Positions 13,671 through 25,312 of a stretch of 64,000 bases of DNA are shown one piece after another. The translations under genes were made by a program, and so were the position numbers. The first letter of the stretch is position 1; every line of letters starts with the position of its first letter. Source of the DNA: Eledone cirrhosa (lineage: Eukaryota); NCBI GenBank assembly GCA_964016885.1, contig OZ024742.1, forward strand, positions 32,984,001 to 33,048,000. The letters run 5' to 3'. The notes beneath the pieces were generated by a model. That model did not search any database. It saw only the letters and a list, made by a program, of their open reading frames with translations, and was not told where the DNA came from.

Positions 13671-13731
13671 TATTTTATCTGATAAGAGCGTACCAAAGTT
13701 TTGGTACCCTTGAAATAAATATAATAGAATA
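13671..13731 (+). ncRNA. Degenerate minimal type I hammerhead ribozyme
   Basis: TATTTTAT-CTGATAA-GAGCGTACCAAAGTTTTGGTACCCTT-GAAA-TAAATA-TA-ATAGAATA; core has G>A in CUGANGA; 3' half duplicated inverted at about 13518-13590. Confidence 0.6.
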
Positions 13732-14226
13732 AATATGGTTTTATAAATATAGTTTCCATTTATTAATATCATTGATATTATACTCCAGAAAACTTGTCGA
13801 GTGCTTCAAATCAGTTATAAACATATATATTTGTTGAATTACCAACAAATTAAATATCCCTTTTGCTTATATATATATATATATGATGGCTGCCCCCTCG
13901 TTATCGAGTATGGCCATTGCACGAGGAGAAAAAAAAAAAAAAAAATAAATAAATAAAAAAAAAAATAAATAAAAGAAATATATATATATATATGTAAGTA
14001 TGCATGTATACGTACATACATATATGTATACAGACGTACAGTAGCATGCACATATATATATATATATACATATGCATACAGGTACACATACATATATGCA
14101 CGTATCAGTTTAGCGGCGCTTATTATAACGTCGCTTTGTTCGTTTGTAAACAAACTGAACAGCCTGAATTTATGCCATACGGTGTTAAGGCAACCACGTC
14201 ACCTTTTTGTTCAACACTGACACAGG

Positions 14227-14271
14227 AACGATGTACTAGTTTCAAGCTTGTTAGCTATCATCAGCACCGTT
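14227..14271 (-). ncRNA. Minimal type I hammerhead ribozyme
   Basis: Reverse complement is identical to the copy at 14551-14595. Confidence 0.8.
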
Positions 14272-14550
14272 TACCCATCTGCCAGATAGTTGAACGTTCG
14301 AAAGTATATACTTTCCTTATGAAAATTAACGGCTGAGCAGCCTAATTTGCATATTGAGTGAGTTAAATCGGTCAGGCATACCGAAAACGATAAATTGAAA
14401 CAAAATGAAAACGAAATTTCATTTCTCACTCTTAGTATGGCACTTACTGACCGATTTAACTCACTCAATATGCAAATTAGGCTGCTCAGCCGTTAATTTT
14501 CATAAGGAAAGTATATACTTTCGAACGTTCAACTATCTGGCAGATGGGTA

Positions 14551-14595
14551 AACGGTGCTGATGATAGCTAACAAGCTTGAAACTAGTACATCGTT
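14551..14595 (+). ncRNA. Minimal type I hammerhead ribozyme
   Basis: AACGGTG-CTGATGA-TAGCTAACAAGCTT-GAAA-CTAG-TA-CATCGTT: stem I AACGGTG/CATCGTT and palindromic stem III CTAG. Confidence 0.85.
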
Positions 14596-14996
14596 CCTGT
14601 GTCAGTGTTGAACAAAAAGGTGACGTGGTTGCCTTAACACCGTATGGCATAAATTCAGGCTGTTCAGTTTGTTTACAAACGAACAAAGCGACGTTATAAT
14701 AAGCGCCGCTAAACTGATACGTGCATATATGTATGTGTACCTGTATGCATATGTCTATATATATATGTGCATGCTACTGTACGTCTGTATACATATATGT
14801 ATGTACGTATACATGCATACTTACATTTAAGTAAGTGCCATACTAAGAGTGAGAAATGAAATTTCGTTTTCAATTTATCGTTTTCGGTATGCCTGACCGA
14901 TTTAACCCACTCAATATGCAAATTAGGCTGCTCAGCCGTTAATTTTCATAAGGAAAGTATATACTTTCGAACGTTCAACTATCTGGCAGATGGGTA

Positions 14997-15041
14997 AACG
15001 GTGCTGATGATAGCTAACAAGCTTGAAACTAGTACATCGTT
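14997..15041 (+). ncRNA. Minimal type I hammerhead ribozyme
   Basis: Identical to 14551-14595, 446 nt downstream. Confidence 0.85.
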
Positions 15042-15205
15042 CCTGTGTCAGTGTTGAACAAAAAGGTGACGTGGTTGCCTTAACACCGTATGGCATAAAT
15101 TCAGGCTGTTCAGTTTGTTTACAAACGAACAAAGCGACGTTATAATAAGCGCCGCTAAACTGATACGTGCATATATGTATGTGTACCTGTATGCATATGT
15201 ATATA

Positions 15206-15243
<38 letters not shown>

Positions 15244-15523
15244 CATGCTACTGTACGTCTGTATACATATATGTATGTACGTATACATGCATACTTACAT
15301 TTAAGTAAGTGCCATACTAAGAGTTTTCATTTTGTTTCAATTTATATATATATACATATACATATAAACACACACACATATATATACACACACACATACA
15401 TTAATAATAATAATAATAACAACAATAATAATAACGACAACAACAATAATAATATACATATATATATACACATACACGCACACACATAAACATATCTACA
15501 CACACACACACACACGATAGCAA

Positions 15524-16081
15524 CTAACAGCGCTGCGATCGAATGTGGCTTTTTAGCCCAGCCAATGATCTAAAATGTCTTGCACAGAGTCGGCAACCAA
15601 AACATTCACTGGGAATAGTCGGTTGTGGTTGGAGTTCGTGTACTTTTGCATATCGCTTGAGCCCTCCTGCTGATTTACATTCTCTACCACATGTCTGGCA
15701 AGCATGATGAGTAGCATCTCCAACAGCAGCCTGGTAGTCAACCACTGGTCTTACTTTATGACTGCGAAGATGCCTTTCGAGTCCAGCTTTGCTTAGACAG
15801 AGTCTCGCACAGACGCTGCATGTCAGCACCATAGGAGGACCCTCGCCGTCTGGAAGTGCAACAGCAATGCCCTTCCTCACATCTCGCTTTACTTTCTCGT
15901 ATGCGATTCGAGATGCCTCAAAGGCAACTTTTCCCTCATATACAGTCTTTCTCCATTTATTACGATCAGCAGCAATATTTTCCCATGTGTCAGCAGGGAT
16001 GTTAGCGTCTTTCAGAGAGGCTTTCAAGGAATCCTTATACCTCTTTTTTGGTTTATGTGGCGGTCGTTTTCCTTTAACCAA
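15524..16081 (-). mobile_element. 3' end of an RTE-clade LINE ORF with three C2H2 zinc fingers
   Basis: GKRPPHKPKKRYKDSLK..WENIAADRNKWR (RTE C-terminus), then CSVC..HLRSH, CQTC..YAKVH and CRLC..HIRSQ. Confidence 0.8.
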
Positions 16082-16134
16082 GTATGTATACGTACGTCAC
16101 ATATATATATATGTTGTCATGTATTAATATAGAT

Positions 16135-16380
16135 GAGATTCTACAGGACTAGAACTGTTTCATTCTTTAGAAATCATCAGGGTATCAAAAAATAAGTATG
16201 GTATTTATAGGTCTCTTCAAGTGGTAGGAGAGGGTAGGGAGTGGGATGGGTGTAGGTTATTGGTTGATAGAAAAGGGAATTCATTAAAAGCTAATTCTAC
16301 AAAGCTATAGTTTATTTTTATTTTTAGAGTAACAAAGGCAGAAAGAATTCTATAAACAGGTTCAGGATGGGGTGCCATGT
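16135..16380 (-). mobile_element. Probable Penelope-like pLTR remnant with a degenerate hammerhead
   Basis: Minus strand CTGATGA-TTTCTAAAGAAT-GAAA-CAGTTCTAGTCCTG-TA at 16180-16142; stem I is poorly paired. Confidence 0.45.
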
Positions 16381-16712
16381 CTGTATACATATATGTATGT
16401 ACGTATACATACTTATATTTAAGTAAGAAAATTAAAAAGAAAATTATATTTAAGTAACAGCCGTACTAAGAGTGGGAAATGAAATTTCGTTTCCTTTTTT
16501 CCGTTTATATATATATATTATAAACTGTTTTATTATTGTATTTTTGATCTAAGTGATAAACAGTGTGTAATTACTTCTGACAATTATACTTTGTTGATAT
16601 ATTATTCTGTACGCTATTAATTCTCCGTTTTAAAATGAGAAATAATTGTTTCTACTTTTGGCACAAGGCCAGCAAATACCTAGTATACTACTGGTACTTT
16701 ATTTTGTCATAG

Positions 16713-17293
16713 GTTTTCTGACAAGTGAATGTGGTTTTTGTTTTTTTTACAGTGAAATTTACGATACACTCTTTGTTTATTTACAACAGGTCTCTATAGT
16801 GATATGGTGTTAATTAGTATTGCGTGTGTGATTATTTTCTCTTATATATATATGTGTGGGTGTGTATATGTGTGTATATATATGTGTGTCTGTATGTATA
16901 TATATATGTGTGTTTGTATATATATATGTGTTTGTGTCATCATCATCGTTTAGATGTTTTTGTAATATCTTGCCAAAGTTGGCACCAACTATAAACAAAT
17001 TAAGGCCGGGTCATAAGAAGGACAGAATGATAAGGGATTTGGGTAAAAACGTCTAAACGATGATGATGACACAAACACATATATATATATAAACACACAT
17101 ATATATATACATACAGACACACATATATATACACACATATACACACCCACACACATATATATAAGAGAAAATAATCACACACGCAATACTAATTAACACC
17201 ATACCACTATAGAGACCTGTTGTAAATAAACAAAGAGTGTATCGTAAATTTCACTGTAAAAAAAAAACAAAAACACATTCACTTGTCAGAAAA
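16713..17293. repeat. Inverted repeat with ~250-bp arms and ~83-bp spacer
   Basis: 16713-16960 is the reverse complement of 17044-17293, including its internal microsatellites. Confidence 0.9.
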
Positions 17294-17334
17294 TCCACTT
17301 TCATTTTCGAGGACGTTAAACTTAACCTATGCCC

Positions 17335-17892
17335 TTTATTTTATCGACCCCGTAAGGATGAAAGGCAAAGTTAACCTCGACGGGATTTGAACTCAGACGA
17401 CGGGATTTGAGAAATAATTATTTCTACTTTTGGCACAAGGCCAGCAAATACCCAGTACATTACTGGTACTTTATTTTATCGACCCCGTAAAGATGAAAGG
17501 CAAAGTTAACCTCGGCGGGATTTGAACTCAGACCATAAAGGGCCGTAACTCTTTGCTGTAAAGCATTGCGTCCGACCCTTTTTGAGAAATAATTGTTTCT
17601 ACTTTTGGCACAAGGCCAGCAAATTACTCAGTACATTACTGGTACTTTATTTTATCGACCCCGCAAGGATGAAAGGCAAAGTCAACCTCGGCGGGATTCG
17701 ACCTCAGATCGCAAAGGGAAATAACTATGCTGCAAAGCATGGCGCCCGACCCTCAACCGATACTGCCAATTCAGCGCCCTTTTTGAGGATGAAAGGCAAA
17801 GTTGACCTCGGCGGGATTTGAACTCAGAATGGAAAGGGCCGTAACATTTATACGTCAAAGCATGACGTCCGACCCTCTACTGATACTGCCAA
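17335..17892 (-). mobile_element. Tandem cluster of Nin/Deu-type tRNA SINEs
   Basis: Four full or partial copies of the 8595-8775 SINE, head to tail. Confidence 0.85.
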
Positions 17893-18629
17893 TGCACCTA
17901 ATGACGGTATCTCAGAGTTATCTCCCATGTTTCAAGGAAAACTTTCACTTTTCTATTTGGGTTCCTAGAAAGTCTTTATTAGCATTGCAACACAAGACAT
18001 ATGTTAACATATTTAACATCATACATACATACACACTTACACACACACATACATATACATACGCACATACATATATACATACAAGATTGCTGCTCCCCCG
18101 TTATCGAGTATGGCCATTGCACGATATACCATTATTAATAATTATCAATTAATGCTATGGTGCTATGCATGTGCGTGAAGAATTTTTTGAAAGTGAGGAA
18201 AGACATCATCGGTAACTACTGAGCCGCAGGTTTTATGTCGGAGTTATCCCAGTTTCTTGAGTTGCCTTCTAAAAAAATGCCATTGCACGATAAAAGAAAA
18301 AAAAATTGTGTTATTTTATAAATATATATATTTTATGTTTTTATTTATGTGTATGTATATATATTTTTATTTTATTTTATTTATGTGTATATATATATGT
18401 TTTTATTTATGTATATATATATCTATTTATGTATATATATATCTATACACATATATTTATATGTATAAGCCAGCACACTCGCAGCGTTGCCTCGGGTGAT
18501 GCGCTGAAACAGCCAAGCGCAGTCAGTGAGGTTCCTCTCTTCACTGGCGGCTCGCCTCATAGAGGTAACTTGCAAATCTCGCGAGGGCCCTTGACTGTTT
18601 CAGCGCATCAGCCTCGCCATCACCCGAGT

Positions 18630-19035
18630 GTTTAGACTAGTTCAAAATAGAACAACTGTGTCAATTATATCCGCTTATGGACACCGATCTGGCATACCAG
18701 ACGTTATAAAAGACAGGTGCTATTCTACCTTCCAAATAATCGACAGTGACAAGATAATTATTGCTGGCAAACTTAATAGGCATGTTGGACAACATTATGA
18801 CGGTTATGGGTTTGGTACTAGAATGAGGAAGGCTTCAGGATCCTGGTATTCTGTGATGCCAGTGACCTTTCTATCTGTAACACAAACTTCAAAAAATGAG
18901 ACAATCACTAGATCACTTATAGATCAGAGGAGCATACCAACCAGATAGATTTTATCCTTACTAGAAGACAAGACAGAGTGTCTGTTGTAAACCTTAAGTC
19001 CCTCCCTGGTGAAGAATGCACCTCCCAACATAGTC
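18630..19035 (+). mobile_element. Decayed RTE apurinic endonuclease fragment
   Basis: RLVQNRTTVSIISAY..GYGFGTR..QIDFILTRR matches the N-terminal part of the 955-aa ORF. Confidence 0.8.
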
Positions 19036-19039
19036 TACA

Positions 19040-19180
19040 ACTCATTTTTGCCAGCTGAGTGGATTGGAACAACGTGAAATAAAGTGTCTTGCTTAAGGGA
19101 ACAACACGCCGCCGGGAATCAAGCTCGCGACCTTGCGATTGTAACTCGAATACCCTAACCACGAAGCCACGTCCTTTCAC
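19040..19180 (-). mobile_element. CORE-type tRNA SINE fragment
   Basis: tRNA-like head followed by GTTCCCTTAAGCAAGACACTTTATTTCAC. Confidence 0.55.
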
Positions 19181-21901
19181 TGTATATTGGTAAACTGCAC
19201 AAATTCATATGTCCAGTCAACTTAGGTGAACTGTACAACACAAACTGGTGAGAGACAAATTAATATGTAAGCAGATGCTAGACAAAATCCCTAAAAAAAG
19301 GACACCCAATTGACTAGTATAAAGTTGCTCACTAATAGACCCTAACATCTGGCCCACAGACGTGCTGACTCCTCACTTTACCACTCGTACTGATATTATA
19401 CTGGCCTCAGCTCTATGGAGCAATTTTTACTCAAACCACTTTATAAACTTTGTCATTCCAACTGCCCTCTCCTAGCCCACACTTAGTATTGTGCCCAGCA
19501 CTTCGCAGAAGATCAGTCAACTGGAACACCCTACCTACCCATATTTTTACTTGCAGTCATCAATTTGCCATTGTTCAAGTCAATTATTTTCCATCATATC
19601 AATCTCACAGGTCATGGGGTGGCCCTACCTCCAGACCAAATTATTAAAAAGAATGCAGGAGTCATCAGTAGATTTTTCAATTAAGAACACTTTGTTAGTG
19701 CTACTGCGAATTAATCCTAGCTGATAGTATTCATACTATATGCAAATGAGTACCTCCAGCCAACATTTCATTTACAAAAAAGCATATATGCTATAGCTTA
19801 TTCTTGTCTCAGTGCTAGGGAGTAAATGTCACCAATGACAGATAAAAATCCAGAACCATGTGTCTGCATTCTCATGCAGCTACTGAGAGCGGTGATATGA
19901 TCACAGCCTAAAATACACATAACGAGACTCTTGTATGTTTATTATACATAAACATATTGCATAGACCCTAATATACACTTCTTCTATGAAACGTGCTAGA
20001 TTAGAGTGCTCTGATAATAATATTAGGTTAGTTTAGGGTTATTCTTAGATTTGTGGTAGCAGTACTGAACTGGACTAGTAAACAGCTTGATCATGTACAA
20101 GTATGACCAGAAATGATATGACATATCATCATCATAATTAAAAGACTAAATGAGTCAAAGAGACTTCATCTTGCTTGTGTATTTCCTATTTGGTATATAT
20201 TCTACAGCTGGATGTCCTTCCTAATGTCAACAACTTTACAGAGTGTCATGGGTGCATTTTATTGTAGTACCAGCACTGCCTCTTTACAGAGTGTAATGGG
20301 TGCATTTTATTGTAGTACTAGCATTACCACTTTAACGAGTGTACTGGGTGCATTATAGTGGCATAAAAATGAAATATTTGATTCTCACCAGCCCCAAAAC
20401 TGATTTTGAACCCATAAATAGAAAAAAAAAAAAAAAAAGAGAATAAAAATGAAAGTAAAATAAATAAAATAAAATAAAAATAAAACATTTAAAAAAGAAG
20501 AAAAAATTGTTAGAAAAGATAGGAAAAACGTGTTCGATGAAAAAAGTTATATAAAAAAAGAATAAAACTAAAAAAAAAATAATCTGAAGGAAAAGAGAAT
20601 CTCCTGCTGCCACAAATAATTGATGGAGTCTTTAAAAAAAAAAAGTCAAAGGAAATTAAGTTTTCTACTATTATTGATTTGTCTTTAATTCAAACATTTA
20701 TTTATTTATTTTTCTTGCCTTTTTATTCCGTTCAATTTCTAAAAAAAAATTGTTTGAAATTTACTGTTTATTCATTTTAAAGTAGCTTTCCTTATTTCAA
20801 TTTATTTATCGTTACACCATTATTATTATTATTATTATTATTATTAATTCTAAACTGTCCATTTCCTATACTTCAACTCTCATTAAAAAACAAAGCAGTA
20901 AATTATTTTCCAAAGATACATCTTAATTTTTCTGAGATAAGCTGAATCAGTTGAAGTGTTTTTACCAGACATCTTGAATGGTATTTTTCATTGGTGTGGA
21001 GATATGTATGAGGTAGAAGGGAGGGGAGTTTGAAGCTGGATCATATTCTATTTTAAGACAATATAATGACTGATAGTAAAGATGATTGCTTAAGACTTGT
21101 TCTACCAGCTACACTATTATTAATAGATCTGTCACACTCTTATCTTATAAAAACTACAGTAAGACATCATTTATCTGAATGAATCAGGTGTGCTATTTTC
21201 TTCAAATAACTGATCTGATTGTAAATAAAAGAGACCATACTGAACATAATTGTATAAAAAAGCAGTTTATAGTGTTTTTATGAGTTTTCCAATGTTCTAC
21301 TGTTGTGCAATCTGATACCATTTTACCATGTGCCAGATACTGTAAAATTTTGTTTTTCCTTTCAGTTATCAATAATGTTCACTTTTTCTCACAGGCATAT
21401 TATTCTCCTGCTCCTCATACTCATCATCCAGTTTTTGATTATGCAGGACACAATTAATCCCAAAGTAGGGGTGGGTCATGCCTGATAGCGCTCATTAGCA
21501 TCCTGCTCCATTTGTTTCTGTTCACCGGTCTCACTTGGGCCAGGCCAAGCCTAGCTTGATCCCGACAGACATCCTCCATCCAAGTTTTAACAGAAACAAA
21601 CTTGTAAGTACTTGGAATAATTTTGTAGAGAAAAATGAAAACACCAGTGACGTTGCCAAGTTTTCAAGTCTTTTAATATATCTCATCTTTATATGTTAAA
21701 ACTATTTCAATAGTTGGAAATATAGCTATCCCAATGAAGATAACTATAATGATAGTTCAATAAATCTGGTAAAGTACTCCTTTTCCATCTCCTGGGGTAG
21801 GTAACCCAGTTTCTTCAACTATTATTATAGTTATCTGCATTGGGTGACTATATTTTCAAATTTTCCAATGCTTCATAAGTCAACTGTATGTTTAATACTG
21901 T

Positions 21902-22470
21902 TTAACCTCTTCAGTGCCTTAGATGAGATAACTCATCCTAACATGTATGTATTCCAGTACCACAGACAAAATGATTTGTCCTAACATGTTTGAACTCATT
22001 TCCAACAGTTCATAACTTCAAAGATAGATGGGGTTACTAGTTTATTGATGTGACGTTTGTCAATCATTCAGATATGTGTTGTTAAGAAATGTTTGTTTAA
22101 AAAAATAGTCATTTTACTGAAACCCCCCCCCCCCCCCCCCTGGCACAGCAACTGTAGCTGTGTAAAATATACATGGCAGTCAACAGGTTAAAGCAAAACA
22201 GATCATGGGCATTAAGTGGCTGAGAATATAAAAATTCCCCGTTAATCCATTAGCATTTAAACCGGCTGTATTTGTCCAGAATTCTCTCACCTCTTTCTGT
22301 TCAAACCGGCTGTAACTGGCTACTCATACTTATATTAAGGTATTGTTCTCAAAATAAATAACATCAAAATCTCATAGATTCAATATTATGTGAGGTAAAG
22401 CCTTTACCATGAAAATACAAAAGTAAATACAATAGTATATATAGAGTATATATAAATGGTAAAGGGTTAA
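21902..22470. mobile_element. Two adjacent TTAA-bounded (piggyBac-type) MITEs
   Basis: TTAACCTCTTCAGTGCC...GGCAGTCAACAGGTTAA (21902-22190) and TTAATCCATTAGCATTT...AAATGGTAAAGGGTTAA (about 22242-22470); relatives of the second lie near 4160-4295 and 5040-5245. Confidence 0.6.
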
Positions 22471-23463
22471 GGGGCACCAGTCAATCACAGGGAACCCCCA
22501 GCTTCTGTTGGAATTCATTTTCAGCTGAGTGAACCATGTCATCCAGTCTGAGAATTGAAACAATGGCCTTATACACCAACAACTAGGCCACATGCCTTCA
22601 TCACTTATATAATGAAATAACAGATAATTGATAAGAGACATAATAGTGATAAGAATGAAAAAAGGGAGAAAAATGAGAAAAGTCATTGTTTTGAAAAAAA
22701 AAAAATGAAATAAATTGTCATTTTTTATTGTATATACTTGTACAGAAATTATTGCCGTTTGTTTGCTATTGTACAAATTCAAATTCAAACGTGGGTTTGT
22801 CCTTCCCCACTACTGAGAATTGCTCTAACTAAAATTAAAGAAACATTAATTGCATATTAATTAACCAGTTGGAAGAATGATATATAAGCTCTCTGGAAAA
22901 TAACAACAATATAAACAAACAAACACTCTTCCAAATAATCTCGAACTCTGAAATAAAATTAGTTTATGATGCATAAAATTATGTTCAATGTATGATGAAA
23001 AAATAATAAATAAGAAAATAAATAAGACAGAAGAAAAAGAAGCATCTATGCAGAAACAAGAAATAGAAAAAATAAAAAAAGAAAATTAATGAAAAACAAA
23101 AAATAGAAAAAATATAACAAAAATTAACCAAAAATCAATAACCACTAACAATATCATGAATGATTTCAACAAGTGCTCCAAACTGGAAAATGTTAAAATA
23201 TTTCAAGCCAAATCATCATGCATTTACTATGTAGATATTTGTTACAAAATGTGTAGATAGGAAATTCTTTAAAAAAAAAAAAAAAAAAAGACTTAAGCTA
23301 TTTATTTTGTTGGCTTGTGTTGGTATATTTAAGTATTTTTCTTAAATAAAGAATTTTTTTCCTTGGAGAAAATGAAATTAAAGGAAAAGGACTGGAAATA
23401 AAGTAGTAATGATAAAAATCTTGTTCATGGTTTAACAGACATAAACATATTTTTTATTTATGC

Positions 23464-23498
<35 letters not shown>

Positions 23499-23549
23499 TA
23501 TTACTCAACACTTTTACAATATTTGTATATATATATGTATATATATTTC

Positions 23550-23750
23550 TATAATGAAGGAAGTGTGGTAAGGAACCGGGTGGACCATAACGCACCAGAG
23601 TATTTGATACTTTGGTTAGTAGAGTAGATAATAGGAAAATGTTCAGGACCCTGACGGCAGAGCTCAAGCCATTTTGACGGCTATTTCTGGACTGAAATAG
23701 CCGTCGAAACGGTTTGAGCTCTGCCATCGGGGCCCTGAACATTTTCCTAT
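23550..23750. mobile_element. (TA)n-embedded small bimodular element (85-bp module plus ~120-bp hairpin)
   Basis: Homologous to 51325-51516, 57483-57565, 59832-59963 and 32845-32985. Confidence 0.75.
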
Positions 23751-25281
23751 ATTTATATATATATAAATATACACACACAAATAAATATATATGCCTTGAT
23801 AGAAACAAGGCAGTTAATACTTTGGGTAACATTAAGGACATTAGGGAGTAAAAATTCAGCACTAGGGGCAGGGAAAGGGCTATCATGCTATAGAGTAATA
23901 CTATATATATATATATATACATACACATACAACCATGCATACAAAACTAAATACTGTAATCTGGCCCCTTCCACTGCAATAATAATAATAATAATAATAA
24001 TTGTTTCTGATAATAATAATAATTGTTACTACTTTTGGCACAAGGCCAGCAATTATCCCAGTGCATTACTGGTACTTTATTTTATCGACCCTGTAAGGAT
24101 GAAAGGCAAAGCTAACCTCGGCGAGATTTGAACTCAGACCGTAAAGGGCCGTAACTCTTTGCTGCAAAGCATGGCGTCTGACCCTCTACCGATACTGCCA
24201 AGATAATAATAATAATGATAGTGTTGTTGTTAATGATGTTGATAATTTCTCTCAATGGCTCATGACCACACGTTTTGGAGTAGGAGAGGTGTAGTTGATT
24301 AAATTGTCCCCAGGTCTTGGTTTTTATTTGATCAACCTTAGAAGGACAAAAAGTAGAGTGAAATCTGTGTGGCAGGATTTGAACAGAGAAAATTGTAAAA
24401 GTATTTAACTATTGTAAAGGCATTTAGTGTGGAACCCTACAGTCTTTTCTACTCAACCACCTTTATAAATATAATGGCAACATAGGCACATGGCCAGAAA
24501 TTTATGAGAAAAGGATAGTTAATTATATCCACCCCACAGTACTTGACTGATAAAAAAAAAGAAAAAAGAAATTTTAATTTTGGAAAATTATTTTTTTGTA
24601 GAATTCTAATCTGTAATGTTTAAAACATATAATTAAAAAAAAAAGTAAAAGGTACAAAAGGTGGGGTGTGGTGAGAGGCAAAAATACAAAATCAAAAAAA
24701 ATAATTTTGATTACAATATTTAGGGGGCAGAATTCTATAATTCTGCAAAACCTCAGAAATCCGGAGAAATTTTGAACCCGTCCCCCACCAAGAGAAAAAG
24801 CAGAGAAAAGTGTTTTGGCCAGGGAATTACATTGCAATGTCTGTATCAATACATGAAATGAAAACCTGGTGTATGGTACCTTTACACACCCAGTTCAGCC
24901 ACTCTGCTTGCCAACATCAATATAATAACACCATACAAGACACATCCTGTTAAAAGAACATTTTGAGCAGATTGTCTCTTTCTCTCTCACACACACACAT
25001 TTATCATATTCAAAAACAAACTAAGAGACTATTTGATTTCTTCTTCATCATCATCATTTTTTATGCCTCTTTATCACTTCTGATACAACTAAATGTAAAA
25101 GACTATAGCATTCTCAGTAGGGTTCCATGGTAGCAGAAAAAATACACAAGCACTTTAGAGGTTAAAAAAGTTCTAAAAAAAAAAAAATAATAATAATAAT
25201 AATAATTTAATAAAAAAAATGTTTATTCCGTATTAAAACTCTTTTCAAAAATGAAAAGCTATCATTAAAAAATTCTATAAG

Positions 25282-25312
<31 letters not shown>

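Larger units (their letters stand above)
13995..15325. mobile_element. Retrozyme/Penelope-pLTR-like array: one inverted plus two tandem 446-bp units
   Basis: Unit 13995-14447 is inverted relative to units starting at 14448 and 14894; each carries a hammerhead; no meaningful ORF. Confidence 0.85.

Noticed and set aside
14004-14336. 110-aa ORF repeated three times as a protein gene
   Set aside because: It begins in microsatellite, is antisense to the ribozyme and has no recognisable domain; the repetition only reflects the DNA repeat.
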